NCBI GenBank assembly: GCA_021158525.1
Contig: JAGGUL010000079.1
Location: 1 to 60,294 of the forward strand
Source of the DNA: Candidatus Hydrothermota bacterium
GTDB lineage: Bacteria > Hydrothermota > Hydrothermia > B15-G9 > DRBW01
Length of the DNA stretch: 60,294 bases
Reading direction: 5' to 3'
Part shown: positions 7,967 through 17,332 of the stretch, one piece after another
Numbering within the stretch: position 1 is the stretch's first letter
Layout of the letters: the number at the start of each line of letters is the position of its first letter
Program-made: the position numbers and the translations under genes
Notes under the pieces: generated by a model
The model's database searches: none
Seen by the model: only the letters and a program-made list of their open reading frames with translations
Told to the model about the DNA's origin: nothing

Positions 7967-10339
7967 TTATCTCTTATGTAATTCATCTGAGAAAAATTTA
8001 AGTTCACAAGGAATAGGAGGAGGACCGCCATAAAAAAGATATTTAGCTAGATATATCAGGTCTGCTATGGTAACATCACAATCACCATTGACATCACCCG
8101 AAAGTAATGGGGTAGGAGCAGGGCCGCCACTATAAAGATACTTAAAAAGATAAACCAAATCTGTATGATTAACCAAATTGTCTCTGTTACAATCGCCTGG
8201 AATTTCAATAAATTCATTCTTAATCCAAATAGTGTCTGTAAAAGTCCCAGTGAATCCAGAATCTACAAGAATTGTTAAATAACCGTTGTTTTGAAGCCAA
8301 TCAGTAAGGATTCTATAACATGAATGCGCAGAATGGGATACTCCTCGATGTAGAAAAACTTCGTCATGCTGAGGATCTGCGATCTCAATTCCCAAATCGT
8401 ATAATTTTTCTTCTCCCCAGTTATCAATTTGAATGCCAACACTTGGAATAATTTCACATAGTGTAGATTCCGCTGAATCAACTTCCAAATTTTTTAGATT
8501 ATACACGATTTCGGTGCCTACATTCGAAACTATTGTGCACAAATGATAGCATTTAGCTTCAACATCAGGATTTATTAAAGCTACCGTTTTCCCATCACCC
8601 TTATAGTGTATTTTTTCTTTCTGCGAACTGTCAACGTCAAAGCGAAAACAGTGAAAAGATGTCCCTTCAGGAGTAAACAAACTAAAATAGAAAGCGCTAT
8701 CTCTTATATGAGTATACTCACATAGCCAATCTTCATCTTGGAGCATGAGCGGGTAGCCAAGAATTGCAATGCAGGAGTCAAGAAAATAGTAATTTAAATA
8801 TGTGGATTGATAGAAAGCTTCCTCCGCGGGATAAGCTATAATTCCGATATTTTGTCCTCCAAGATCTATATACATTTCAGGTGTAGATAAATATTCATCA
8901 ACAGGCTCCATCAAGAAAAGTCCTCTCCCGGTATCCCCTCCCCATATATAGGACCAAGAATTAAGTATTGTATCTACTCTTACACGAATTGGTATATCAG
9001 ATTGCACCGTATCGGGATATCCAGGGCAACAATAAACTGTATCAGTTCCAGGCCAGATATTGTCATATACCCAAATATATTTTATGTGAGAGCTATCAGG
9101 AGAGATATTTGTAGTAATCTTGACAGGATTAACAAAATGTGGAATACTTGGTGGGGAGGGCCATATACACAGTGTTCGGTGAATCTTCTGATCGCTATTC
9201 AGCATTTCAATAATTTTAGTTATCGTTTGATTCGGGGTTACGAGAATATATTGTTCAATCAAGGAGTTGATATGTTGCCATCCAAATCCATGAGTGTAGT
9301 ACATATTGGCTACTTGACGCGCACATGTCATTGGACAAGAATCACCAACTGGAACATCAAAAAGTCTGTAATACCCTGGGAAAAACATCTCTAAATTTAG
9401 CAAATTATCAAAAAATAAATAGCATGAAGTAGCCATACCCAGGCATGAACCCCACCAGTTAGTAGAATCAGGATATTGGGATGGTGGATGGTTTACTAAT
9501 CGGGATAGACACCACCTAAAAACAGCATATGGCCTGTAAATTACCCTTCCCGGAGGGGGATCAAAATAACATTGATCCTCGCCGAAAGCTGCAACCCAAA
9601 GAGTCCAACTTGGGAAATCAGAATTTCTTATGTTAAATATGGATGTTAAACGACGAAATTGCCTGTTGTATTCGCTGTAATTCTCCCAGCACTGATTAGG
9701 CCACATATATATGAAATAAGAATCAGGATCTGCATGAACAAAGTTGTCTAAATAATAATTAGGGAATCCCCAGCCATCTCTATTTATCTGAAACGTATAG
9801 ATTGTAAAAGCACTGTCACTTGTATCTGCTGGTTCCATATCATACGCATCATAGATTCTAATCAAACAACTGTCAGAGTCATAAATCCATGGTACTTCCC
9901 AAGTGTAAGAACAACTGGATGCAGGAACTTCTGCTATAAAATCCCATGTAACACCGCAGTCAACTGAGTACTCTATTCTAACATTCCCGGGGATGTTTAC
10001 AAAATTCCAAATAATATCGTGCTCAGAGCCCATGTACCAATATTCTCCTCCATTCGGCGAAATTAAAGTTAGATCTTCTGGAAGTGGCCTAAATTGTCCT
10101 ATTGGAGATGATTGGCCCAAAGAGAAATTCAGTTTATAGACGCTCTTTAGCAGTTCTCCCCCCTCATCCAGAGTCTGTGTTTTAAAATGATAACCTGAGA
10201 TTCCAGTTCGTGTTGACCGTTCTGAAATTGTATAAATATAACCCCAGTGTCCAATTGTGTTTGCAAAAGTCGTGGTGGAATACACTAGAAAAATGCTGAA
10301 TAAAACATACCTGAGAATTTTAAAGAAATTTATCTTCAT
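7967..10339 (-). CDS. Secreted multidomain protein: Ig-like (SPNGGE) domain, putative papain-like Cys-His-Asp domain, dockerin type I
   Basis: SD GGAGG; signal peptide; LISPNGGEYW; DGWGFPN...GSCLGMA...PHFVNP...WVYDN; duplicated GDCNRD...DLVYL and GDVNGD...DLIYL. Confidence 0.7.
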   Translation of the reverse strand: MKINFFKILRYVLFSIFLVYSTTTFANTIGHWGYIYTISERSTRTGISGYHFKTQTLDEGGELLKSVYKLNFSLGQSSPIGQFRPLPEDLTLISPNGGEYWYMGSEHDIIWNFVNIPGNVRIEYSVDCGVTWDFIAEVPASSCSYTWEVPWIYDSDSCLIRIYDAYDMEPADTSDSAFTIYTFQINRDGWGFPNYYLDNFVHADPDSYFIYMWPNQCWENYSEYNRQFRRLTSIFNIRNSDFPSWTLWVAAFGEDQCYFDPPPGRVIYRPYAVFRWCLSRLVNHPPSQYPDSTNWWGSCLGMATSCYLFFDNLLNLEMFFPGYYRLFDVPVGDSCPMTCARQVANMYYTHGFGWQHINSLIEQYILVTPNQTITKIIEMLNSDQKIHRTLCIWPSPPSIPHFVNPVKITTNISPDSSHIKYIWVYDNIWPGTDTVYCCPGYPDTVQSDIPIRVRVDTILNSWSYIWGGDTGRGLFLMEPVDEYLSTPEMYIDLGGQNIGIIAYPAEEAFYQSTYLNYYFLDSCIAILGYPLMLQDEDWLCEYTHIRDSAFYFSLFTPEGTSFHCFRFDVDSSQKEKIHYKGDGKTVALINPDVEAKCYHLCTIVSNVGTEIVYNLKNLEVDSAESTLCEIIPSVGIQIDNWGEEKLYDLGIEIADPQHDEVFLHRGVSHSAHSCYRILTDWLQNNGYLTILVDSGFTGTFTDTIWIKNEFIEIPGDCNRDNLVNHTDLVYLFKYLYSGGPAPTPLLSGDVNGDCDVTIADLIYLAKYLFYGGPPPIPCELKFFSDELHKR

Positions 10340-10372
10340 GAAATTCCTCCCTTAACAACTTACTACGGCCAT

Positions 10373-11215
10373 TCATTGATTTTTAAGAATGCGCACACGA
10401 ACATAATTCCATCGCTTGTGTTCAGGCATAACTACTGCATTGTCATCAGATGCACGATGTACAGTGATTGAACTATCAGTGAGATCATACCACTCAAGAC
10501 CTACCTCATACCATACTAAATTGTATCGAAATGATGCAGTTCCAAAATTAGCTCGATGGATAGGGAAACCATTTTGGTTAGGACTACCTTCGACACAAAC
10601 TATATACTTACTTATATCCCCACCTAAGTTGTGGTGAAGTACTCTTGCCTGCCCTGCAGAGATATGTACCCATCCAGAATTGTAGTCAAACTTAAATTTT
10701 ATGGGGGCATTAACTCGCAAAGTATCGGAAATATAAGCTTTGCCTTCTACATCAAGATCATAGGCTGGTAAATTTTTCCCTATCCCTACCTTACCTCCGG
10801 TGTAATACAGGTCGCCGTTGTTCTTTTTTGTCCAGTCATAATCAGTGAATGCATAGGCTACACTCGTTATCCTTGTTCTGGGGAAAACCTGCCCTGGTGG
10901 TGTATTTATCGTTACTTCAAGCCAGCGATTAGCGCTGTTGAAAGTCACCTCGGGAATCTCGGCAATTGAGCCTAAAAGTACGTTGAACACACCCGAATCA
11001 ACCAGAACTGAATCATGATCCTCAGACCAAAGAAGAGTTCCGTTAGTCGAATCATCGTAGATCTTAAACGTGATATCAAAAGTTCCATGTAGCGGATTCC
11101 CCTCATTGTCCGTTAGATAACCCTGGAAATTGATCATTTGAGGCACAACACTCTGAGCTGCCAATACTGCTTGCAGTGCAAGTATTATTACTCCACACAT
11201 TGCGTAACTCCTCAT
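10373..11215 (-). CDS. Secreted protein with PQMINFQGYLTD N-terminal domain, VGIG fibre-like segment and uncharacterised C-terminal domain
   Basis: SD GAGGAGG before ATG 11215; signal peptide; GKVGIG...LDVEG; YNSGW...HNLGGD...RVRI. Confidence 0.7.
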   Translation of the reverse strand: MRSYAMCGVIILALQAVLAAQSVVPQMINFQGYLTDNEGNPLHGTFDITFKIYDDSTNGTLLWSEDHDSVLVDSGVFNVLLGSIAEIPEVTFNSANRWLEVTINTPPGQVFPRTRITSVAYAFTDYDWTKKNNGDLYYTGGKVGIGKNLPAYDLDVEGKAYISDTLRVNAPIKFKFDYNSGWVHISAGQARVLHHNLGGDISKYIVCVEGSPNQNGFPIHRANFGTASFRYNLVWYEVGLEWYDLTDSSITVHRASDDNAVVMPEHKRWNYVRVRILKNQ

Positions 11216-11323
11216 TTGACACCTCCTCGTTTGAGCTTGCAAAACACCAAATGTACATACAAAATGCTTTTTGCGATCTCCATATAACTGTGACACTTCA
11301 ATTTAAAAAGGGAAGCTGCAATC

Positions 11324-11512
11324 TTATTTCAGGGGAAATTTACAGGTCCTTTTGAGAAATGATAGACCAGAAATGGTGAAAAAGTAACATCCGTGGATAG
11401 CATCATTCCTGATATAGCTACTACAAAGAACCGTTTGAGAGAAATATGAAAGGTAGGAAAATACTGAACGACTGTAAATAGACCCGCGACATCGACATAT
11501 CCCCTGAAATAA
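11324..11512. repeat. Nested inverted repeat (13-bp outer and 8-bp inner arms)
   Basis: TTATTTCAGGGGA 11324-11336 / TCCCCTGAAATAA 11500-11512; ATTTACAG 11338-11345 / CTGTAAAT 11472-11479. Confidence 0.75.
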
Positions 11513-11602
11513 CAATACTTTACACATTCATGCCCCCTATGATTTCTCTATAAAGCCTCCTTTACATTTTGTCAAGTCAATCACCAGAAAATCATACCCC
11601 CC

Positions 11603-12400
11603 TCACCCCAGCATGGAATCGAGGTAGAGCATCACGTAAAATCCGAGGAAAAAGCCAATTGTGATGGGCATCTCGTTCTTTTCGCGGCTGTATATCTCCG
11701 GTATCATCTCCTTGACCGTGACGTAGAGCATGGCGCCGCCGGCGAGCCCCATCCCGTAAGGCAGGAGCCACCCCAGGTTCTTGAAGAAAAGCGCCCCTAC
11801 AACGGCCATGATCATCTCGGCCACGCCGCTCAGGACACCGAGAGCTATGGGCTTCAGCCTCTTTTTCTGGATGGCAGCGAGGGGAAGGGATACCACAGTT
11901 CCCTCCGGTATGTCCTGTATTCCGATGGCGATGGCAGTAATTATCCCCAGTTTGAGATCGAAGACCATGGTGGTCCCCACAGCGAGGCCCTCGGGCAGAT
12001 TGTGGATCATGACGGCGAATATGATGAGCCAGATCATCCGCAGCTTCTCCTTGAGTTCGCGGGGCCCCTCGTAACCCTTTACCAGGTGCTCGTGGGGAAT
12101 GAACCTGTCCATGCCGTGAATGAGGATGATCCCGAGGAGGATCCCGATACCGACAGGCGCAAAACTATGGGCAGCCTCTATTCCGGGGAGTATCAGACTC
12201 GTGAAACTGGCGACGATCATAACTCCCGCCGCGAAGGATATGCTCACGTCGACTCCCCAGGCAGGCATCCTGTGGACGAAGAGGGCAAGCAGTGAGCCGA
12301 GGGAGGTCATCAGCATGACAAAAACCCCCGCATAAAAGGCTGCCAGCAGGAGATGTCCCCCTGAAAGCCTGAAGAGAAATTCACCGAGAAAATCTATCAT
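11603..12400 (-). CDS. ZIP/GufA-family metal transporter
   Basis: HNLPEGLAVG, AIGIQDIPEG, PHEH loop, multiple TM helices. Confidence 0.92.
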   Translation of the reverse strand: MIDFLGEFLFRLSGGHLLLAAFYAGVFVMLMTSLGSLLALFVHRMPAWGVDVSISFAAGVMIVASFTSLILPGIEAAHSFAPVGIGILLGIILIHGMDRFIPHEHLVKGYEGPRELKEKLRMIWLIIFAVMIHNLPEGLAVGTTMVFDLKLGIITAIAIGIQDIPEGTVVSLPLAAIQKKRLKPIALGVLSGVAEMIMAVVGALFFKNLGWLLPYGMGLAGGAMLYVTVKEMIPEIYSREKNEMPITIGFFLGFYVMLYLDSMLG

Positions 12401-12439
12401 CCCATTATCTCGCCGAATCAGTTCTATGAGCCCACGACA

Positions 12440-12820
12440 TCAGCCGGCGCAGGCTCTGAAATATTTTGCCCAGTTGATCTCCGTAGGCTGAATTCGGTTC
12501 CCGTCGGGGTCTGAGATAACGATATAACGCCCTCCCCAGGGCGTATCTTGAGGTCCTTCGAGGATCTCGACGCCCTTTTCCGATAGCTTCCTGCAGGTTT
12601 CTTCCATGTCATCAACTAAAAAATCTATGCAGGGCTCTCCTTCCCTTGGCTCTTCCAGCTTCCCCCAGGTTTTGACGCCTATCTCTACCCCTCCGCAATC
12701 AAAACCGGCATAATCCCGGAATTCATATTTTTCCTGGAGACCAAGTATGTCCCTGTAGAAATGCACTGCCCTCGCAAGGTCCTTCACGGTGAGGGTAATG
12801 TCCCAGATACGTCTTATCAT
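12440..12820 (-). CDS. VOC/glyoxalase-family protein
   Basis: ITLTVKDLARAVHFYRDILGL, DTPWGGR, DPDGNRI; SD GGAGGTG before ATG 12820. Confidence 0.88.
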   Translation of the reverse strand: MIRRIWDITLTVKDLARAVHFYRDILGLQEKYEFRDYAGFDCGGVEIGVKTWGKLEEPREGEPCIDFLVDDMEETCRKLSEKGVEILEGPQDTPWGGRYIVISDPDGNRIQPTEINWAKYFRACAG

Positions 12821-12824
12821 TCTC

Positions 12825-13520
12825 TCACCTCCCCTTTCCGCGACCGGAAAATGCCTTAAGAAGGGAATCGAGCTCAGCCTCTTTGAGAAATTGAGCCCGG
12901 TATTCCCCACCTGCTTCCCCGATCCTCTCGACAAACGAACGAAGGTGGTTGATCGATCCTCTCCTGAGATTTTCATAGACCCTGGAAATGTCCGCCTTGT
13001 CAGTCTTCAAAAGCAGCTCATTGAGGTCTCTGATATCCAGTTCCTCGATCGTCGCCCCAACGATCAGGGCATCGAGAAGGGACTTCTTTCCCCTTTTGAT
13101 AAGCTCATCGTGAAGCTTCGTGAACTCTGGATCGGAAAATTCCCCAACAGCTTTAGATTTCACAGGATCATCGAGGCCATAGGCATCGAGAAGCCCTTTG
13201 ACCGCCGCCATGTGCCTTTCCTCGGACGAAGCGATACTCCTGAATATTGGGATCTCCCAAAGCTCGTGGAGTTTCAGGTAAACGTCTCTTGCCAGTTTTT
13301 CCTCTTCTCTCATCTTCAGAAGGCCCCTGGCTTCATCGGCCGTCAGTGTGTCAAGGGGAACTTCCTCAATGTGATCGCCGGGGTCAATTTCTGGAGGAGC
13401 TTCTTCGGTAATTGCCTCGACGTCCTCCTCGAATTCTCCCGGAACGCTCTGACACATCCCTCGATTCCCCTGAAAAAAGGCGAACAACAGGGCAAATAAC
13501 AGGGCTTTTTCCCTCATCAT
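12825..13520 (-). CDS. DUF2202 ferritin-like domain protein
   Basis: MREEEKLARDVY, IASSEERHM, IEELDIRDL, GSINHLRSF; SD AAGGAGG. Confidence 0.85.
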   Translation of the reverse strand: MMREKALLFALLFAFFQGNRGMCQSVPGEFEEDVEAITEEAPPEIDPGDHIEEVPLDTLTADEARGLLKMREEEKLARDVYLKLHELWEIPIFRSIASSEERHMAAVKGLLDAYGLDDPVKSKAVGEFSDPEFTKLHDELIKRGKKSLLDALIVGATIEELDIRDLNELLLKTDKADISRVYENLRRGSINHLRSFVERIGEAGGEYRAQFLKEAELDSLLKAFSGRGKGR

Positions 13521-13566
13521 GTTCCTCCTTCTTCGGTTAATTATAATGCCTGCACACGTTCCCCCC

Positions 13567-15303
13567 TCAATCGAGAACCCTGAAATGGACCGTGTCGCTT
13601 CTACCAGCCCCCATAAGAACCAGCTCATGCTCTCCCGGCGATAGCTGCCAGCGGATGGTAAAAGGAGCCCTGCTCCTGAAGATGCCCCTGCCGTCGATCA
13701 TCCACTCGACCTCCCTGACGCCGTAAGGAACGAGAGCCCTGAACTCGAGGGCCTGAAAAGACCTCCTTAGAAAGGGATCGATTATGAAAACGTCGCCCTC
13801 GTCGGGATGGATTATCCTGAGGGCAAAGCTCGTATCGACTTCCTTCGCAGCCACCCGCTGTTCCTCGAGGGGTTCTCCCCTATCCGCACCGATGTACTGT
13901 CCCCAGGCCCTGAATTCCGGGGGGTAGCGGATAGCTACCCTGTCACCCTCAGGCCCATGAACCAGATAATGCCAATCACAGGTATCCTTCGGCTCAGTGC
14001 CCTTTATGAACCATTCCAATCTCTTTCCCTCACAGTGAGGTCCTGCGAGCTTACCCGATAAGGTACAGATAGTAGCCCTGACGAGACCACGGGGAACCGG
14101 AAAGGGCCGGGGCGGCTCCTTCCTGTGAAGGTACAACATCACATCTCGAAAAATCGGTCCCGCCCCCGTAATCCCTGAAACCCCGTGCATAGGTTCTCCT
14201 GAGAAATTGCCGACCCAGACTCCCACGGTGTATTTCGTCGTGTATCCCACAGTCCAGTTATCCCTGTAATCCTTTGAAGTCCCCGTTTTGACGGCACAGG
14301 GAAAGGGAAGGTCGAGGGGGCTGTTATCGCCGAAAGCCGGAGCCCTGGCCTCCCCGTCGGAGAGGATATCGGTGAGCAAAAAGGCGATCTGCCGGGAAAA
14401 TACGATCTTAGAGCTATCTTCCTCCTCAGAATCAAGCGAATCACCGTCGTCAAGCAAAAAGCGAAGAGGGGTATAGACGCCTCCCATCGCGAGGGCACGG
14501 TAAGCCCTGACCAGCTCGTAGAGCCTCACCTCTCCCGCTCCAAGGGTCAGGGCGAGGCCATAGTACCCCGGCTCTTTATCGAGCGAACTGAACCCAGCTC
14601 TGTGGAGCCTCTCCAGCAGGACTTCGGGTCCAAATCTCTCGAGCACCCTGACGGCGGGCACGTTATATGAACAGGCGAGGGCCTGCCTCAACCTGACAGG
14701 ACCGTGATAACTCTCGTCGTAGTTTCTCGGGGTGAAATCTCCGTATCCCGTGCTGACAAAGGAAGGATTGTCGGGAATTATAGAGGCGGGAGTCATGCCG
14801 CTCTCTAAGGCAATCCCGTACGTAAAGGGCTTCAACGCAGATCCCGGCTGCCTCAGGGCAAGCACGCCGTCCACCTGTCCATCGTGAAGGGTGTCAAAGG
14901 GGTCGGCCGATCCCACCCAGGCCAGAATTTCTCCGCTCTCGTTGTCCACGACGAGAATCGCCCCGTTGGTCACGTTTTTATCCTCAAGCGACTTCACGTA
15001 TGCCCTCAATATCGACTCACAGGCCTTCTGTATCCTGAGGTCGAGGGTGGTCTTCACTTCTCCCCCGACAGCGACCTCCCTCCGTCGGATCTGTCGCAAT
15101 ACGTATTCGACGAAATGGGGGGCCTCGAAGTTTTTATCAGGGAGAACCAGTTCGATATCCTGGGCCATCGCCCTTCTGAAAGAGCTCTCGTCGATAAATC
15201 CCCTCTCCAGCATGAGCCTCAATATGTGTTCCTGACGCCTTTTTGCCCTGTCAAAATGGAAATAAGGGTTTAAATAAGAGGGCCCGCGCGGAATGCCCGC
15301 CAG
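13567..15303 (-). pseudogene. pbpC: Penicillin-binding protein 1C, 5-prime truncated
   Basis: Frame opens at LAGIPRGPSYLNPY (last transglycosylase motif); RQPGSALKP, SYN, KTGTS; PBP1C C-terminal domain; TM anchor and most of the GT51 domain are absent. Confidence 0.85.
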
Positions 15304-17216
15304 ATCACGCTGTAAAACTTATCAAGGGTTGGATTCCAGTCATAGCGCAGGTGAAAACGATAGGGTTCTATTCCCCAATCCCATTCCGAGGAGAGAAAAG
15401 AAAAATCTCCACCCTTCTTTATGAAAACCCAGAACTCCGGTGGACGCCAGCTGTTGGGCCTGTTTATACCCAGCTTCGCCCAGCCCGGTGCGCGAACGAG
15501 TCCCTCTCCGTCGCTTTCCCCGCTCCACAACGTTCTGTTGGACTTATCCCTGACCTCCACAAAGGCGCCCGAGAGAGGCCTGCCCGTCCTCAGGTCATTG
15601 ACATAAACAACCATATCGGCAGGGGAATACTTCAGAGAGGCGTCCAATCCTGTAACTTGAAGAAGGGCCTTGCGATAACGTTCATTCCACTGCCCGTCCC
15701 TGTAGGGCAATTGCAGGAGCACGATGCCCGCTGAGTCGCCCTGAAGCGCGAGGTCGAGATTTAGTGGGTATCTGTATCTTCTGTTCCGGGGTAGGGAGGG
15801 AGAAATAACCGTATCAACCAGAAAGGTTACTCCGGGCGGGCTGAAGTCATTACGGAAGAAGCTCCCGATCCAGTCAAAGGCCTCCTCGGCACTGAGAAAG
15901 AGGGGTATCACCTCATCGGGATAGATGCGCGCCATCTGCAGCCTGAAAGAATTGATGTTGATGAGCTCGACGGGATATCTATGGGGCTCGTAGGACTCCA
16001 CTATGCCGTGTCCGATCTTGAAAAGAAGGTCCGGCCTGAAATCCCCCGTTCTGAAGGTAAAGATCGCCCTTTTCCCCAGCCTGTTGCCGTAGACGTCGAC
16101 GAGGGTCTCAGGGATCGTCACCCTGTAAAGGGTGTCGGGCAGGAGCTTTAGATCGAAGGACGGATGCGTAGAGCCCCTGTTTCTGTCAGCGGTTCTGTAA
16201 TAATCGGGGATTTCAACGGGAGGATCGAACGTCAAACTCAGGGCAAGCAGGGCGGAATTGACGGGATTGGAGAAAACAAACCTTATCGGCCTGTCGGGGC
16301 TCTGTCTCTCGCCTTCACTTATAAGTTTCCCCGACTGGTCGCGGGTCTCAACCCGCTCAATGCCCCAAAATTCGAATCTGTTATAGGTCCTGAAATAAAA
16401 GGCTGCTCCCGCTCCTGGTAAGTCTCCTTCCGCCCCCTTTATTCCTTTTTTGACCTTCACCTTATAGTAGGTGCTTCTCTTTAAAGGTCTTCCCGGATAA
16501 AGCACGAAGACTCGCTTTCTCAGGTTCTCCTGTATTTCCTCCCTCGTAATTTTCCTGTAATCATGGACAAACCTCGGAAGGTGCCTTCTGGACAGATCCC
16601 ACCAATACGTATATCCTCTCGAAAAATCCTGTATCCATTCCCAGTCCTCTCCCCTGGGATCGGGAGACAGGTAGCGAAGCGTGTACTTAACTGACCTCCT
16701 GCCCGATTCCAGCAGCTTGATATACCTGCCCGCCCTCGCCGAATCCATGGGCTGGTTGAAAAACAGGAAGATCGGCCGTTTTATGCCCACGAGGCTTTCC
16801 TGACCGCAGGGGATCGAGAAGATCAGCTTCGGCGCGGGAGTGCTGAAAGTCCACACATAATCCTCCCTCAACTCGTGCCCCCTCACCGACCTCACACCCG
16901 CAGGCACCCTCACCCTGAACTCCGTCGCATATGGCAATGAATCAGCCGGCTCAAAGGCCAGCATCATCGTCCCCAACCACCTCAACTTTCCCTCTATCGG
17001 CGGCTCTATCTCAAGAGGGAAACTTACCTCCCCAGTAAGGGCACTCAGCGGCACCATAGGCTCGCTGAAAACTACCAGTGCCATGTTCGCCTGCGAGAGG
17101 GACTCGATGCTCCCACGGGGAACCGCATTCAGTATCCTGAGTCCCTCCTCATCGGCTTCTCCAGCATGGAGGAGGACAACAATCCCTGTCAGAAGGAACA
17201 ACAAAAACTTCCTCAT
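15270..17216 (-). pseudogene. Bacterial alpha-2-macroglobulin, 3-prime truncated
   Basis: Signal peptide; Ig-like repeats (FSEPMV, FNQPMD, FSNPV); LLQVTGL...SDGEGLV segment; ends where the FTDR-type MG2 motif is expected; lies upstream of pbpC. Confidence 0.8.
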
Positions 17217-17297
17217 AATCACCTCCCTGCTATTTGAATTATGTCTTCCGGCAAATCCTAATTCAAGTGACGGAAAGGGACCGTAAGCCCGGCTATA

Positions 17298-17326
17298 TTG
17301 TCTGAGGTTAATTCAAGCGATATAAT
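17298..17326 (+). promoter_or_regulatory. Sigma70-type promoter, leaderless geometry for dacB
   Basis: TTGTCT-17-TATAAT, 6 nt before ATG 17333; no SD. Confidence 0.65.
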
Positions 17327-17332
17327 TTTTTC

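Larger units (their letters stand above)
7780..11600. other. AT-rich genomic islet with two secreted-protein genes
   Basis: Sampled 60-nt lines are 32-40% GC versus about 60% in a sampled flanking line; A/T-ending codons; no integrase seen; boundaries approximate. Confidence 0.7.

Noticed and set aside
11324-11527. 67-aa minus-strand ORF over the inverted repeat
   Set aside because: No recognisable protein features; the region is better explained as a structured element
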